Assembly (NCBI RefSeq): GCF_003918875.1
Contig: NW_025765048.1
Coordinates: 558,001-622,000 of the forward strand
Source: Haliotis rubra
Taxonomy: Eukaryota
DNA: 64,000 nucleotides
Direction of reading: 5' to 3'
The stretch's first letter is position 1. Every line of letters begins with the position of its first letter. Positions 1-13,600 of the stretch are shown here, piece by piece. Under the pieces are notes generated by a model. It was given only the letters and a program-made list of their open reading frames with translations, was not told where the DNA came from and did no database searches. Made by a program: the position numbers and the translations under genes.

Positions 1-3000
1 GGCATCATTGACTAAACTGCAACAGTTTCAAAGACAATAATAAATTCAGGTCTAGTCCATACTTCAAGGTCTAGTTTTGAAATACAGGGATATAGCAGGG
101 AGGTGTTGTTAGTCCCTCTCTTTTAATTCTAAATGCTGCCTTCTCAAAATGTCTGTATACCCTTACAATGTTATCAACTATCTAGTCTATAACATGACAC
201 TGTTTTGTGCATTCACATAAAGATTCAAGGTCTAGGTATATGCCATTTATAACAAGTAATCCAACAACTGAGAGAAAAAACAGTGAATGTAATGATCATG
301 ACACAGACTTGAACTTGAAAATAAACACATCTCCAACAGAAGAATTATAGTTTTGGGATGTCTCAAACAATTTCAGCTTGTTTCCAAATCAAGAAAAGAT
401 ACTACTACATCTTAAAGGGACATGTGACAGATATAATCTCTTAGTTGATCTGTTTACAATGGGGTTAAGAAGGACCATTTGACATAAGCAACTTTTAAGA
501 AAAGGAGAAGTTTTGAGACGATCCCTTAAGCATTTATTGAGATAAGCGATAACAATATACAGAGCTGTTGTGAACAATTATTATTGCTATTGTTCTCCCT
601 TATCAGCCAGGATAATTCATAGACAGATATGCATAGTTCCTTTGTGATAAAAATCTCACATAAGATACTTCTAATATGAACGGAATAGGTTTTTAACAGT
701 TTATATACAACAAGGGAATTCCTACTATGACAGAAAAGCTTGCATAGACAATTAAACAACTACAGACGAACACACAAATATGGCACAGACATCATAGAAA
801 TTTCTCAAGAGTATAGATAAAAAGTAAGCAATAAAATGTTCTTTCTTAACTAAAACTGAACTGCATGTCTAAAAGATATATGTAAATAACATTTTTGAAT
901 AAATTTATGAAGTAATTTTTCATGAAAAAAATGAATACAAAAGCGATAAAAACTCTACATGATATCCTCCAGAATTGATGGTGCAGAGAGAATTGTTTCC
1001 TACCTGCTGCCAGAGACATAGAATTTTGTCTAGCATGACAAAAATTCTTAAGACGGATTATAATACTCATGTTTGCTTTGTGTTTCAGTAACTTCATATC
1101 TACTTTACACGAAACAGAAGCAGTGTGACGATGTATGGAGATATTGAATGCATTTACCAAAGCATAAATTATGTAAACATCAATTGATTAACATACACTC
1201 AGCAACCTTAATACTAACCACACTGGTCTGCTGTGAGCCATCACACTATATGTAAGATATGAGGTATTTAGCACATACCCAACCAAACATATCACATGAC
1301 ATACCTAAGATCAAAGGTCACATCATTCACTCTATCACAATGTCTTACCTGATTCAAAACAGAACGTTTGTTTTATTTCCACGACATCTCTGGATAGTCA
1401 AAGAGACATATTTGCTTCTAAAAATATTTCTAACGTCTCATGGAAACCAACAAATTTGTATTTATTTTCATATAATTTCAAAATGCCTACCTCAATTGCT
1501 TACAATTCCATAATAAAATCTAAATACTCCCTACTTAACCACCATGATACACTTCATAAGTTAAAGGGCCCAATTTTGTGTTTATAAATAGATTACGTTC
1601 TTTAAAGACGAGATTATTGTTCCAAGATCCATTTCTTCAGTCAAGACTAACAAATCAAACTTTTACTGAAGCTGAACTCGATGAGATACTACACTATTGT
1701 TTTACATGCTAATACATGGACCTGTGCACAAATGGGGGACCTCCATGTCTAGGCAAGCTAAATCATTAATTGAAATGTCATAAATAACTTGTCATAATGT
1801 ACTTAATCAAAATATGTTTTTATCCATCTTTACTTATCACATATTCTCAAACAGACTTCCTAAATTCAAAAATACATTTTATATGAATCGACAGACATGC
1901 AATGCCACAACAGCTTTATTTTGCTTCTAACTAGCACCTAACCACACAAATACATTACTTTACTTGCTTTCTTCAAAGTCAACTGCTCAATAATTCATCC
2001 TCATCCATCTCTAAAAAGGTTAATATTTTTGTATCATGCAAACTCTTCCTTTGAACAGTCTCTAATTTATTTACTTACATGAAACATTAAGAAAAACATC
2101 CAATCATCCTGTTTACTTTTCCTGTCAAGACCGTCAGTCAATTTATTATTTAAGCAAATGGTTCAATAACAGTGCAATATGAAAACACAAATTAAGAGTG
2201 GGGCTTACTTTGTAAATGTATCCCTTGAAATGTTTCATGGACTTTTACCTTTCACCCTATTAATACATTTTCCTGAGACAAAAGGTTAGAATAAATATCA
2301 GTATTATTCCTTCACTCTGGCATATTCCTTCAGTCTCCCATACACCATTGATTATTCCTACCCAAGAATGCAGCTCTGTCGGCAATATCATATACTGATT
2401 GACCATCAATCAATCTTTAAGATGAATCAATAACACAGAACAATATCATGAAAATGTTAATACACAGATGAATGTCCCATTAGAACAAATGGCCTAACAT
2501 AGAATAACAGTAGCACTTAGGCCTCAAGTGCAGGGAAAACCCTACTAGAAATTAAAGCTCATTTGTACAGCAAAGCTAACACATATATCTGTCCACAAAT
2601 ATTGACAAATATCTTATTTTTAAAAATTATAAAAGTAAACTCAAATATATTTAAAAATATTTAAGTTCTAATGGTGTATTTCTGAAAGTAAAATTTATAT
2701 TCATTCATAAAATATTTCATATTTCTGTGGTGCAATAGTCTAACCTTTCAAACACCATTATTTAAATTTAAACCCCCCAAAATATTTGTGGAGAAATATA
2801 TTTTAAGGAAAAGATACAGCAAAGCAAGGGGGGTTCTTCTCTGGGAAACCCCTTTCACAGCATTTATCCTTTTAACCCTTCCTTGTCATGTGAACATATT
2901 AACAAAGTATAAATGCCATTTAGAGGAAACAAAATAACTGTTTGGCAAAATCATGTATTTTCTGTTTCAGAATCAATAAATTCAATAACATAATTTCTAC

Positions 3001-3396
3001 CTCAAAACACAAACGTATCAATATTGGTGAATTGTACACTATGATGTTTGATGATTGTTTAAGGATGAATCAACATTGTTCCTGGAATCTCATAATCTAC
3101 TGAGACACAGGCTAAAATAATCTATACGTTTCACAATTTAGTATAAATCTAAATCGTAACCATTAAAACAGGTATTCTCACTCAAAGACTATACTATTTC
3201 ATGAAAGCAATCGCTTTTCTTAGTTTAGTATTCATTAACGGGGAAAATGAATAATATTTCAAGTTATAGCAATTAACTATAGCATGCAACAGAGTGAAAG
3301 TAAGAGAATACTTGAGCTAGTCTTGCTAGCTGTGATGTTTGAAAACATGTTTCACCGGTCATGGCCACACCACACAGAAGAGCATTACACTTAACA

Positions 3397-3546
3397 GTCA
3401 CATGATCTTTGTTGCCACGGTAACAAGTCACATGTTCTACGTTGCCAAGGGAACCAGCAGCTGCAGTGGTGCCGAGGGTGGCAAGATTGAGACAACTTGG
3501 GACGTTTGGAAGAGGTACTCAACACTCTGCTGTTTGCTGATTGGCT
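3397..3546. promoter_or_regulatory. Candidate enhancer or promoter module: 2x (GTCACATG E-box + RFX X-box) plus CCAAT box
   Basis: GTCACATG at 3397 and 3427; GTTGCCACGGTAAC at 3411-3424 and GTTGCCAAGGGAAC at 3441-3454; CTGATTGGCT at 3537-3546. Confidence 0.35.
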
Positions 3547-5017
3547 GGAATTGTTTCTTTCATTTGCAAGTCAAAACTCTGCTGGCTGAAGTTCTCTCAA
3601 CAGCTTAAACACAAGCACCAGTCCTGAAAAGTCATCTAAATGGTTGCTCATTTCTTGAACTAGAACCATTTCATATATTTGCCCTTCTGTAGACAGATTG
3701 TCACATGTTTTTGGTACTAAACACTGTCTGTTTGAGACAGCATTGGTATGCAGCATAGTGACCTTGACCTTGAACAACAATGACATCAGCCAGGAAGTCT
3801 CAGCATCTTTCTAAACCGAGACTGATGTCGATGTCTCTGTTAAAACACAACAGTCACTTTGCGTAATGGTAGGCTGTAGGCTGCAGGCAAAGCATATTTA
3901 AGATGGTCTTATGCTTTGTTAATGCAAATCAGTCCTGCATACATTTCATATCCACAGTTGTCAAATCCAGTTCCTTACCATCGTTTCATTCTTTATCTGA
4001 TTCTCTGGATACTGCTCAGCACTTCTTTCACATTTCATCGCACCTGTCCTTGCATGGCCAGCCAGTCGTTAGTTCCCGATCTGGAGCTCCTGATGTCAGC
4101 ACTGAGATCAACACTTGCAAATCCGTTCATCTTGTAAAGATCAGCAGCAGATACCAGGAAGATTCTGCATGGGCCAAAATTGTGCTGGTGTTGGACATCG
4201 CATGAAGTGAGTGATATGGGTTGAGAGAGCACCAAAACTGTTCCAAACCGTTTGAAAGATTTCTTAAAAGCACTTAACAGTTTCAGTCTACAATTTCGTC
4301 CCTAATAGCACTATTGGAAGGTATATCTGTTCTGTTGAGCAAGTCTGAATGCTACATCAAACTAACCATGCACAATTCTTCCATATCTTTTCATACAGAC
4401 CATGTCTTTCTCCTCACCATCTGTGAAGCCTGTTCTCCCAGGCCATGTTATCTGTCTTGACAGCTGATTCCAGCCTTTCCTTGCCCTTGTGCCTACCGGG
4501 GATGGTAGGCAGTTTCGGCCATTACTACTTAAGTTTCTCTGTACAATTTGAGTACATTGGTGATTATAATAATATGGAAAAAAAAGCAAAAACAATTATG
4601 TTCAATGTCTGTACAGATAGTATGGCTAATACACATGACTATTGCCGTACTGTTGTTTAGTGTGCCTTGTACACAGAATGATATGTACACATGGTACCAC
4701 AGACAAATACTCCATTCAAAACTGGCAAAAACTCAGGCAGCTTCTTAGTCTCAAGGACTTACGACTTTGAGTAAGGTCAATGTCCCTTTCTTTCAAGAAG
4801 GTAATTATGTCCTTAACAAGGGCTCAGAAAGCCTTCATACTCTCCCTGCTGAAATGGACCAGTCTGAAATCAGGTCTGACTTCATTCCAAGCTGGCTGAC
4901 ATCTGGCAGACCTTCGTACCACCATGGTCTTGCCAAATTGTCCATTTTAAGCAGCCAATAAGCTCTGTGAGGAGCTGAGAAACAACAGGTTCATTATTCT
5001 CATTCTGGAAGTCTTGT

Positions 5018-5828
5018 CTAGATCTGAGGAACGGGAACAACCACCTTCTGGCCGTCCTTGGTGAGGTTTAGATCCAGCACTTCCTTCATCAGAGGCTGAA
5101 TGCCTTCTGGGTTTACCTTCAGAAGCACCTGTGAATGTTCTTCATTCAAATTACGAATGTCTGTCAGCTTCATGAGCAGTTTGGGGTAGAGGCAGCGAAC
5201 AACATGGCAAGAGAACTTTGACTCAAGATAGCGCTGTAGCAATAGTGCATACTTATCCTGTTCCTGGGCGACATAATTCTTATCACTAATGTTTGGCCGG
5301 TCGGGTGAGAAGAGAGCGATGACCAATAGAAGAATGAGAATAGTCTCATCTGCATGTAAATCCATGGCTAAAGATTTCACAAATTTCATATGTTCATCGA
5401 AAAGGCCGCCACCCTCACCCATTTTGAGCTGCTCAGTGGTCATAGCGTATTTGTCCTTATCAAAGGGATCCAGGAAATGACCCTTGTCTTTGTCAAATGT
5501 GATGACAGATCTTATGATCAACAACTCTATACTGCCTCCCTTTAGTAAACTGATCTGATCTGGTTGAGACAGTGCCTTGAAGGACTTGATCTTCTTTGCC
5601 ATGTCGATGACACGACGGACGCTCACTTCAGCGATGTTGACCAGATCAGTCATGGACGGTTTATCACGTGAAATTTCTGACTCCACGCATATTTCCAGAG
5701 ACTGCCGGTAGGCGCCAACCAATTCATTGATGTGGACCATCTCTTCCGCTTCCAAGGGACGTAGCCGATGCTGGGATGAAGACACGTCACCTGACTGTGT
5801 CTTTGTGCGTTCCACTTCACGTGACTTT
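5018..5828 (-). CDS. HR96: NR1J/HR96-like nuclear receptor, last coding exon (short hinge plus complete ligand-binding domain, stop codon)
   Basis: Acceptor ...tatatttgacag|A (ctg at 5829-5831 on +), phase 2, matching the upstream exon. LBD signature IAEVSVRRVIDMAKKIKSFKALSQPDQISLLKGGSIELLIIRS, helix 9-11 LLLVIALFSPDRPN...YPKLLMKLTDIRNLNEEH, AF-2-like IQPLMKEVL. TAG stop at 5020-5018. The first ~13 aa of the track ORF 5018..5869 are intronic. Confidence 0.93.
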
Positions 5829-6623
5829 CTGTCAAATATATAAACGAAAAGCAATGAAGAGGCAATCAAGTCAAATGTCTACATAAGGAGAAATCCTGAC
5901 AATTGATGGTTTTGCTGCCATCTTGGATGAATAACGGACACTACTGGATGAATAAGACAGATATCACTGGATGAATACAGGATGACCTAACCATGATCGC
6001 ATGAACTAGATATCAACTGAACCGTAAAATATTTACTAAATATTTACTCATTGCATCTGAAAAATTATTTCCTTTCCAGAAATATAGTGTGATATCTCAG
6101 GATCTTCTGACTAGTAATTCTTAGCAACATGCAGTATGCAACACTTGGGTTCAAAATATTGCTTGAATCAGAGTCACATTTAAGAACAGCTGATTATACA
6201 CATTAGCCATTGGCAAACCGTCAGTGTAAGACTGTGAAAATTGACCCAAATTGTGGGCAATTGAGAAATACAGCCATTACCCAAAAACTGCTGAGATGCT
6301 AGTCAAGAAATTTCCCCTGTTTGAACAAATGTTGTATTTTGAACTGCACAAAGAGGGGGGGACCCATGCAAAATAGAATCAGATTCAGTGTAAGTCTTAC
6401 ATTTTTTTGCCAAATTGACCATGGCCCATCCCAGAATTATCCCTGAAATATATATAGCATTCTCATTAATAAGCATTTATGATGAAACAGGGAACATTTC
6501 ATACAACATTTTTTAAATACAAATATGTGACTCATGATTTGCAAAAACAACAATTTCTGAACCCATAGTGTTCAACATACAAATCTTACAGTATTGATCT
6601 CTAAAGAAATTATAAATTGTGAT

Positions 6624-7335
6624 AACAAGCATTGTCACTAAGGTGACATAATCCCCGCCACAAATTATCAAATCAAACTTAAAAAGTAATGAAAGTCAAG
6701 GTCATAATTTAAGATGAAGTTAAATGTCAACAAAAACATGACCAGTCAACCTTGATATCTTGATCTGTAGTTGTTCAAACGCACAAATATTTTCAAGACT
6801 TACTTTGACCTTGACATGAATGCCTTAGTGTATCAAATTTGCAAAAATAGTAATAGAGAAATTGCTTATTGAAAAACATTCAAGGGAAGTCTTGAAAGTC
6901 TATGAAGAAAATCCAGTGAACTGTTCATGAGATATCTCGCTGACAATCTTAACATGCAGTCTAACATGCTGAAATCTTCAAAGTGTCACCATGACCTTGA
7001 AAATTAAGTGAAGGTCACCAAAATCGACTGCACTCTGCGCTTTCCCTAAATAAGCTTGGTGTTGAATATGAAGAAAATCCAGTTAACGGTTCTTGGGATA
7101 TCCTGCTGACAAGGGTAATACGTTAAAGTCCCCTTGTGACCTTGAAATGAAGGTCAAGGTCACCAAACCTGACTGGGACCTTTCTTTTACTGTGATGAAC
7201 CTAGGTACCAAATATGAAAAGAATCCAGTCAACGGTTCTTAAGATATTCCAATTCGTACGGACGGACGGACGGACGGACGGAGCCTAATACTATATCCGC
7301 TGCTTCACGCTAAACGCACGGCGGGGGATAAAAAA
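6624..7335 (-). mobile_element. Non-autonomous Helentron-associated element (HINE; DINE-1/CvA-pearl-like)
   Basis: On the minus strand: T-run, subTIR ATCCCCCGCC (7329-7320), short inverted copy GCGGAT, (CCGT)6 microsatellite (7258-7281), three ~145-165 bp core repeats (shared motif atgaa.aa.atccagt.aac at ~6902, 7068, 7213), second subTIR (6651-6659), palindrome TGTCAC-taag-GTGACA (6633-6648), and CTTGTT end. Confidence 0.75.
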
Positions 7336-7439
7336 GCAGAAAAACGTTCTTAAATCAATATACAGAAAACAACCACAACCAAACACAAACAAAAGAATAG
7401 ACTTGTTTTCCAAGCTGTTAAAGATTTTACCGTGAATAC

Positions 7440-7606
7440 CTGTTTTCTTCAATTCTGGCCCTTTTTCTCATCTTTTCTTCCTCTGTCAAGATGTATTCCT
7501 TCCTCATGCCAATTTCAAAACATTTTCGTAAACGACATCTTTTACAGAATCTGCGATTTGACACGTCCATCTTACATTTTTCTTCGTATGGGCATTTGAA
7601 GTATTC
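7440..7606 (-). CDS. HR96: NR1J/HR96-like nuclear receptor, coding exon for second C4 zinc finger and C-terminal extension
   Basis: Not in the ORF track. Manual translation: EYFKCPYEEKCKMDVSNRRFCKRCRLRKCFEIGMRKEYILTEEEKMRKRARIEEN(R). Acceptor tttacag|GAA is phase 0. Donor AG|gtattc at 7440/7439 is phase 2, with an alternative in-frame donor CG|gtaaaa at 7431/7430. Confidence 0.93.
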
Positions 7607-10600
7607 CTGTAAAGTAAAACATTAAAATGTTAGAAATTTCCTAACGTGTTAATGAGTGAACGAGTGCATCCATCATTAAGTCAATTGTGTTTAATGTTGT
7701 TTTGAAGAGTATGTCAGTCATATCTCAGCTTAGAAGCTATACTGTGACGTAAGATGTAGATGTTTACTACAACAGTGAAATCTACAAGCACAGGTATTGG
7801 CTGAAAACCAAGGATCACAATCAAGATGAGTCTGGGATTTGACCCCACAATGAATTAAACCATGCATGGACAAGGCACATGGTTGTGTACAGTGACAACA
7901 CTGTCAGCCATTGCTGACTCCATTGAACAGTGAAGAAAAGGGGATACACTGGGGGGCTTCAGGGATATTCAACGTTTATTCATACAGTTATCACCACTAC
8001 TTTGCCTTTTACAACCAATGGAATTCATTCCAGCAGATAATCAACACTGATTATTCTCGGGCAATAATGTTTAATATTTACACCAACAACACAGTGGTAT
8101 TCATGTCAGAAATAGGCCACTACCTAGCAGAGCAAGGGTTAATCATGAGATGTGAACAAAGCAACCACATGCTTCTTCAGACAGCTTCGCCTAACTGCAT
8201 CTTCTAACCTTTATTTCCACTCTACAAATACGTATTTCAGTTTGCAGTTATCCAATACATCCAGTTTACCTTTTCTCTTTCAACACAGTTAATATTTTGA
8301 CTTTTACATACAATATTCAGACAAGCTATCATCCTCACATTAGTTCATGATAATAAATGTATTTTCACAGTGGTGTCCTTGACATCGCAGGTTTTGTGCA
8401 GTGTACAAAACCTCCTCCTGGCAACCATGCTGTGATAAGCATCAGTATCAACCCAAGGGAAGAAAGCTTTTCTTCCTCAAATCAACCATGCCACAGCAAA
8501 GTGCTTGTTGCCCAGTCTTGCATCAGTGCACTGAAAGTTATGAAGGCAGGCCCAAGACTTAAATTAACTAGTTAATAGCCCTAGCAGTTTAACAGGTCTA
8601 GTCAAATATTCATCACTCTAATTCTGTATAATAAACAGATGTTACTAAGGGGAGTTTCCTATGAATATTTTACCACATCTCAACCCAAATAAGCTCCATC
8701 TTTCATGATCTGACAGACATGCCCTGACTGACAACTGCTAAAGCAGGTGTCCATCAAAACACATCCAGATTGTGGAAAGTAAACGTGACTTTCTTAACAG
8801 TTAACCTTCACAACAGATCTTTGCTTCCAGCTACCAGCGTCTACCTTTAGTGCTGCATGGTGGGTAGATCTGATGTAGATGAGTCTTAATCAATGGACAG
8901 GGGGGACTAAGTAATCATCAAACATGTGAGAATTTCACAATTCTGCATTACTAATTTACACAAGTTTGGTATCACGTTTCCTTCACTCGCTTGCCTTATT
9001 GATCATTCTTGCACCTGTGCGCACACACAATGGTATCTGGGCCATCAAGGTAAGGTGTTGAACACCTTGTAAGCAGCCAGTGTTTATACCTTACAAACAA
9101 AGGGTAATATTTATACCATACAAAAAGCCAGTATTTATACCTTACGAAAAGGCTAATATTTATACCATACAAAAAGCCAGTATTTATATCCTACAAAAGA
9201 GCTCTTTTTAATACCATACTTTAAGTAAGGAGTCAGTGAAAGGAATCTAATACTGCTCGGTGAATATTGCCTCCTGAATTTATAGCCTCCAATTGGTTCG
9301 GACTGTTTCTACTTTCACCTATGTGACAGATACAAATATGAACAGCCCCTGGCCTTGACTTTCATAAGAGAGCAGTCCTCAACACTGGGTGTATCAAGCT
9401 GCGAGGGAGGAAGGCCATGGTATTTACACTGGGTAATAGAAGGACTCTGGGCATTACAATCAGAGCAAATCTTAACTACTAAGGGACACAACTCCTCACA
9501 GCAACATGCAGCATCTTTGACCACTGAACACCTGTGACCCAGCAGGAGGGCTGATTATTTTGAAAACAATGATATTGAGCAGTTATTCCTTTCACAGAGA
9601 TCCTGATCGGTTCTGAAGCAGTCTCACAAAAATCAATTCCAACGATATTCCATGACCATTGTTTTTTGACAAGCAATAATATAAGAACATTTCAAAGAAG
9701 ATTTACTACAAAGGATTTCATAACACATCAAAAACTAAAACTGTCCTTAAAAATTCCTACAAGTACCCTCTTCTTGTCATACATTCTAGCTTGATATTTG
9801 ATGTTTTCTGTAAATATCGACAACTTTGTCCAAATGTATAGCAAATAATAGATTGTGAGCATCATTAAATGATTTCGTCTTTGTTTATATTTCAGTGATT
9901 ATGTTGGTGTGTAATCTGATGGCTAATTACCCTTGGAAACACGCATCTGTTTACTCAATGCAGCTCATCATAAACGCCACTCCAAGCTACAAGACGGAGA
10001 ATGCTCGAGGTTTAAGCATCCCATACACTGACAAGAAAATAATCACACTAAAAGCCCTACTTAACAGGACCTGCATGCGACCCATTCGTATTCAATTTAT
10101 CTAAACCAACATTTACAATTTTTTGGCAAAAACTTTAATCCATATATTTGACTAAATTTGCCATTGCCATGGCGACTCATTACTAAACATGGAGAACTTG
10201 GAGAATCCCTATTAAAGACGAATGTACAGGACATTTTCAAATTGATTTCTATATAGAGAATGGCAGTATTTATTAAATCGATGAAGGATTTGATGGCATA
10301 CCTTGATAGGGGATTACACACTACTTTCCCATCAACTAACAATAGCATGTCGGACACAGAACAATATTGAGCGGAAAACTTCATATTAAGATTGATTATT
10401 TTAATGACGGGGTTTGGACAGGAAAGGGTCCATATTTTGTCCCTAATTTCTTGTAATTTTTCCAATTACCTCTGTAATGAGTCCGAACATCTTGCAATTA
10501 TTTTCAAATATGCTTCTGATGTAGTTCGAACTCTGCCGATCATGCAGTGGAATCTAAATGCGTAACCTTAAGCACGACAATCATTTTCTAACAAACTGTC

Positions 10601-13600
10601 TGACCTCACTGCTAGTTGTGTGGAACGTCGGTACACACGATGGAACAAGAGCTATTATGTTTGGTAAATTCAACACTCAGTGATTATTTCAACATTGAAA
10701 ACATGGACATTGACGACTCCATGCACTAAAGTAGTTTTCTTTATTTGTATGCAATTTATGCACACTTTCAATCAAACTATCACCAATTACTTTTACATCT
10801 GAATTCATTTTAGCGCAGCCATGGCCATGAATAAGCTGATTACAAACATGGAGCACACATTAAGGGGCTTGGAAATAAAAAGTAATTTCTTTTTCCTTTT
10901 GAAGGTGACCTTTCAGTAGGTTCCATGGTAAGTACCTCTACAAGTGACTTTATCATGATGATAAAAGCTGCAAAAATTGCTGAAGCAGCATAAAGCAATG
11001 TTCATTCACCGACGCACTTCCTACATCCACTGTGGCAATGTTGCATGTCATAGAGATGACATCATAAAAATATCATAGCACAAATATTTATTTTGTCCAT
11101 ATCATGTTTAGATGATTACAAAGACAAAATATATCACAGCAGGGTTTTTTCCCATACACAATTTTGTATTAAATATTCCACATCAATCATCCACAGTGAA
11201 CACCTGACCTCTGATGTGGTATCAGAGGGGTCAACATTTGCAGGTGCTCTGCCCTAGAGGGCTGACAATACCGATCAGTTGTAGCATGGCATTCAAGGAC
11301 ATTAACATATATACCACTCAATGTTTGATTGGGATAATTGTTAGCTTTTTTCCTACACAACACTGATTCTCATATCATATAAATACATCATATGTCTAAT
11401 ATCATTATAAAAAGTTAGCATATAAACCATATCTACAGTAGATGGATTTAACTGTATTCCACACAACTACTCCCACACAAATATTTGATTATTGAGACAT
11501 GGATAATATATTCAAGACATTTTTACAAAATATCAATATTTAAACCTACTCTACTTTCCGTAGGTGAATACATAAACTCATATTTTATTGTGATCAGAAA
11601 ATTCCCTTTAAAACTGCAAAACATAACCACCAAATGAAAACTATTGTCATTAAAGTCTTTTTCATTTCCACATAGAAACATTATGAAAATCCATTTCAGG
11701 TTGTCAATAGTTTTAAAGACCTAACAACTAAAGATGTCTATGTTGTCAATGTTAGCTATTAGACCTTGCTGAGATCTTCGAACACTCTTTTATCAACATG
11801 ATATACAGGGCATGACGCAAGTTGCTCCCAAGTTTTCCTCAGGCTCATATAAAGACGGAAAAGTCCCAGGTGGCTCTTGCTGGCAGCCATATTCCAAAAT
11901 GGAGGAGGTCCCTTCAAGCCGTTGGCGGTAATTTCTGACACGTATACCGCTTAGGTTTCAACGTTACTCGCTTAGACAATACTATTTTCCTGGCGACAGA
12001 TGACCCAAGATAGGACTTTTTTCAGTCCAAAAGATAGGACTTTTAACATTCGAAAATAACTTCAAATTTCAATATGGTTTATTGAATGAAAATGAATTTA
12101 GTCAATAAATCATAATTTTATTGAAAAAAAACAAGAATGAGTTAACAATGTTGAAGGAGGTCATCATAAATAGAGTCTGACCATACTCTGAGTCAATCCT
12201 CCATGATACAGATCAGTCATCTATGGTTTTCTCACAAAAACAGTCTATGTTACATTAACTATAAAGGAGGTACAGTTATCTTCATGAAGAAAATTCTGGA
12301 AACATATGAAGTAAATTCTTTGAATAACCACAACATCATGTGAGGTAGACATTTTCACATCGTTAGGTGTTAAGTGAAAGGTCTTCTCAGGCCTCTGTAA
12401 TGCATTAGGCATTTTGCGCGATCTTAACGGCTTGTGAATAAATTTTCCTCATGTTCTCCAGGTTAGGGGCAAGCTTGAGGTGAACACCTTTAGTACTGAG
12501 TCAATATGCTGAAGGAGGCAGTGATTTCGTCTCCCGATTTATTCATCGTCTGCAGATGGGACTCCCCGAGTTTAGGGTCCTTGCCACAGGAAAGATGTTT
12601 GCCATAGCAGGCAAATATTCAGTTTGTCGTAGAGCTGCCAAAACCAACGAACATGACCCGATCTGAAGTCTCTAATGTATTTCCCTGACCTTGTTCTTAT
12701 TTGGTGACCCAAGGGGGTAAATATTCACTTAGTCTTGCATGATCAATACAGAGCTCAATGTCACTCCATGTTAGAGAGAGGCCTTCTGTCTCCACAAGCT
12801 CAGACAATCAGACCTGTAGAACAAAACAAAGCATTGTTCTACCACACTGGCCAAATCACGGTTTGGCAAAAACAGACAGACTGAAAACCAGAAAATTTGG
12901 TAAGAATGTTGCTGATCAGTCAGCAACCTGTATACTATGTGTCACATGACTCCGGCTTGAGTGCAGCGGAGTGACCTTAAAGGTTATCAGGGTCAAAGGT
13001 ATCATGGTGGTTAATTAAGCATTTCAGGCTGAAGAAACCATGTGAGATTAAAGAGCATGGGGGGTAGCTGCCTTCCAAAACAGGTCGACCATGGCTGACA
13101 TGGGTAATTTTGACTGAAAGTCATCCAATTTACAATCTAACGAGGCATCCAGCATATCTGATAAGACAGCGTTGGTCATTACTTGTTAATGTTCATACCA
13201 GAAATCCACAAATAATGGTCCGCCCAATATTCTGAACTTGATGAACTATTTTAAACAATAAAGCAGTCATTAGTGCTTGTTTTTAGTTGTTATTTTTTAG
13301 GGTGTTTTTTGGGGGGGTTATTGTTTTTCTTGATTTTAATCTACATTTATAGACTCACTCTCTACGTTACAGTCCGCCATCAATCAGAGAAACTTCACCT
13401 CTGTAGGAATCAGTGTAAAACCATGACACAGATGGAATATTTCAATCATCTTTGTCAATCAAATTACAGGAAATGACATAAAATATATGAATGATGTTTC
13501 ATGAATTAGTGAATCACATGAAAATGAAATATATGTTCCATTTATAACCTGCCCAAATTACTACATACACAGTTTTTGAAGATCCCAGTATTATGCCAGT

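Noticed and set aside
10097-10465. 122-aa ORF as a transposon or nested gene
   Set aside because: Non-ATG start; no RT, transposase or other motif recognised.
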